From: an uncultured Clostridia bacterium
Lineage (GTDB): Bacteria; Bacillota; Clostridia; Christensenellales; UBA1242
Reading direction: 5' to 3'
Assembly (NCBI GenBank): GCA_944384385.1
Contig: CALWTG010000002.1
Location: 1-36,471 of the forward strand
Length of the DNA stretch: 36,471 nt
Numbering within the stretch: the stretch's first letter is position 1; every line of letters begins with the position of its first letter. Below, one piece after another: positions 35,479-36,471 of this stretch. The position numbers and the translations under genes are program-made. The notes under the pieces are model-generated. The model was not told where the DNA came from and searched no databases. It saw only the letters and a program-made list of their open reading frames with translations.

Positions 35479-36471
35479 ATGAAAGTTACATTAAAGTGGT
35501 TAAAAGATTTTATTGATATAGACATGACGCCAGAGCAACTGGCTGACAAGCTTACCAATTCTGGCAACGAAGTTGAAGAAATAATATATCAAGACAAGTA
35601 TTTAAAAAATGTTGTTGTTGGCAAAATTTTGGACATACAAAAGCATCCAAATGCCGACAAACTAGTGGTTTGCAAAGTTGATATCGGCGAAATTACGCAA
35701 ATAGTCACTGCTGCAAAAAACATTAAAGTGGGAGACAAAGTTCCTGTTTCTCTTCCAGGAGCTGACCTTGCCAATGGCATACACATCGAAAAGTCAAAGC
35801 TTAGAGGCGTTGAGTCAATAGGAATGTTTTGTTCTATTGAAGAGCTTGGTGTCACTGACTATGATGGTGAAGCAAATGGAATTATGATTCTTGATGATGA
35901 TGCAGTAATTGGCGAAAACATCGCAAAAACTCTACAAATGGACGATGTGATTTTTGATATAAATGTCACAGCAAATAGACCCGACTGCATGAGTGTTATT
36001 GGTATCGCTCGTGAAATTAGTGCACTAACAAAAAAGCCACTAAAAAAACAAGACTTATACTATGAAACTTGTGATGACGAAGATGTAAAAAATTATATTG
36101 ATGTTGAAGTCAAAGACGAAAAACTATGTCCAAGGTATATGGCTTGTGCAGTAAAAGAAGTCAAAATTGAAAAATCTCCAAAGTGGCTCAGGGCAAGGCT
36201 TGTGTCTGTTGGTATCAAACCAATCAACAACATAGTAGATATAACTAACTATGTATTGGTTGAATATGGTCAACCAATGCACGCTTTTGATTACAATTAT
36301 CTTGAAGGCAAAAAGATTATAGTTAGACCAGCAAATAATGGCGAACACATTTTAACTTTAAATCATAATGAATATGACCTTGATAGTACTATGCTTTGCA
36401 TTTGTGATACAGTAAAACCAGTTGTCATAGCAGGTATTATTGGTGGGATGAATAGTTGCGTTGAACCAACC
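35479..36471 (+). CDS. pheT: Phenylalanine--tRNA ligase beta subunit, N-terminal part (runs off the window end)
   Basis: Not in the ORF track because no stop falls within the window. My manual translation from ATG 35479 is open to 36471: MKVTLKWLKDFIDIDMTPEQLADKLTNSGNEVEE..., with the tRNA-binding domain (HPNADKLVVCKVDIG), NRPDCMS, CPRY, and GQPMHAFD. Confidence 0.95.
   Translation, partial: MKVTLKWLKDFIDIDMTPEQLADKLTNSGNEVEEIIYQDKYLKNVVVGKILDIQKHPNADKLVVCKVDIGEITQIVTAAKNIKVGDKVPVSLPGADLANGIHIEKSKLRGVESIGMFCSIEELGVTDYDGEANGIMILDDDAVIGENIAKTLQMDDVIFDINVTANRPDCMSVIGIAREISALTKKPLKKQDLYYETCDDEDVKNYIDVEVKDEKLCPRYMACAVKEVKIEKSPKWLRARLVSVGIKPINNIVDITNYVLVEYGQPMHAFDYNYLEGKKIIVRPANNGEHILTLNHNEYDLDSTMLCICDTVKPVVIAGIIGGMNSCVEPT

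Noticed and set aside
1-36471. Looked for CRISPR repeats, transposase/integrase genes, phage modules, toxin-antitoxin pairs or defence-system-like gene clusters.
   Set aside because: Every ORF of appreciable length is assignable to a housekeeping or sporulation function, apart from one lipoprotein. There are no periodic direct repeats and no terminal inverted repeats flanking a gene block. I could not compute GC or codon statistics and saw no obvious compositional discontinuity by eye.

Overview
AT-rich, very tightly packed core chromosome segment from an endospore-forming Firmicute (Clostridia-like gene order). On the + strand it carries secD (3' part)-secF, recJ, a long RSH (rel/relA), hemZ-type radical SAM, rpsO-pnp, a YlxY/PdaB-type sporulation deacetylase, ftsK/spoIIIE, and rimO-pgsA-cinA-like-recA. 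A convergent class A PBP follows on the - strand. Then come miaB-mutS-mutL-miaA, a six-tRNA operon on the - strand (Pro-Ile2/Met-Asp-Phe-Thr-Tyr), and spoIIAA-spoIIAB-sigF with a TspO gene attached. Next is an orphan Gly/Tyr-rich lipoprotein (- strand), then spoVAC-spoVAD-spoVAE, yunB, a convergent RluA-family pseudouridine synthase, and a Phe T-box leader with pheS and the 5' part of pheT. Essentially every base is accounted for. I see no CRISPR array, transposase, integrase, phage or recognisable defence or toxin module, so I cannot support a claim of a new multi-gene system here. The points worth a second look are local. (1) An unclassifiable lipoprotein with a GY-rich low-complexity tail, plus TspO, is inserted into the otherwise conserved sigF-spoVA sporulation locus. 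(2) The long RSH has a degenerate hydrolase (HD) domain. (3) MiaB ends exactly where the TRAM domain should begin. (4) A 121-nt spacer with interleaved helices sits inside the tRNA operon. (5) A perfect 16-bp inverted repeat covers the yunB start codon. (6) Several dual-use sequences occur: the recA terminator lies inside the convergent PBP gene, a terminator arm carries the ftsK SD, and three convergent gene pairs have overlapping ends. All calls come from reading motifs and structure by eye; no database search was run.
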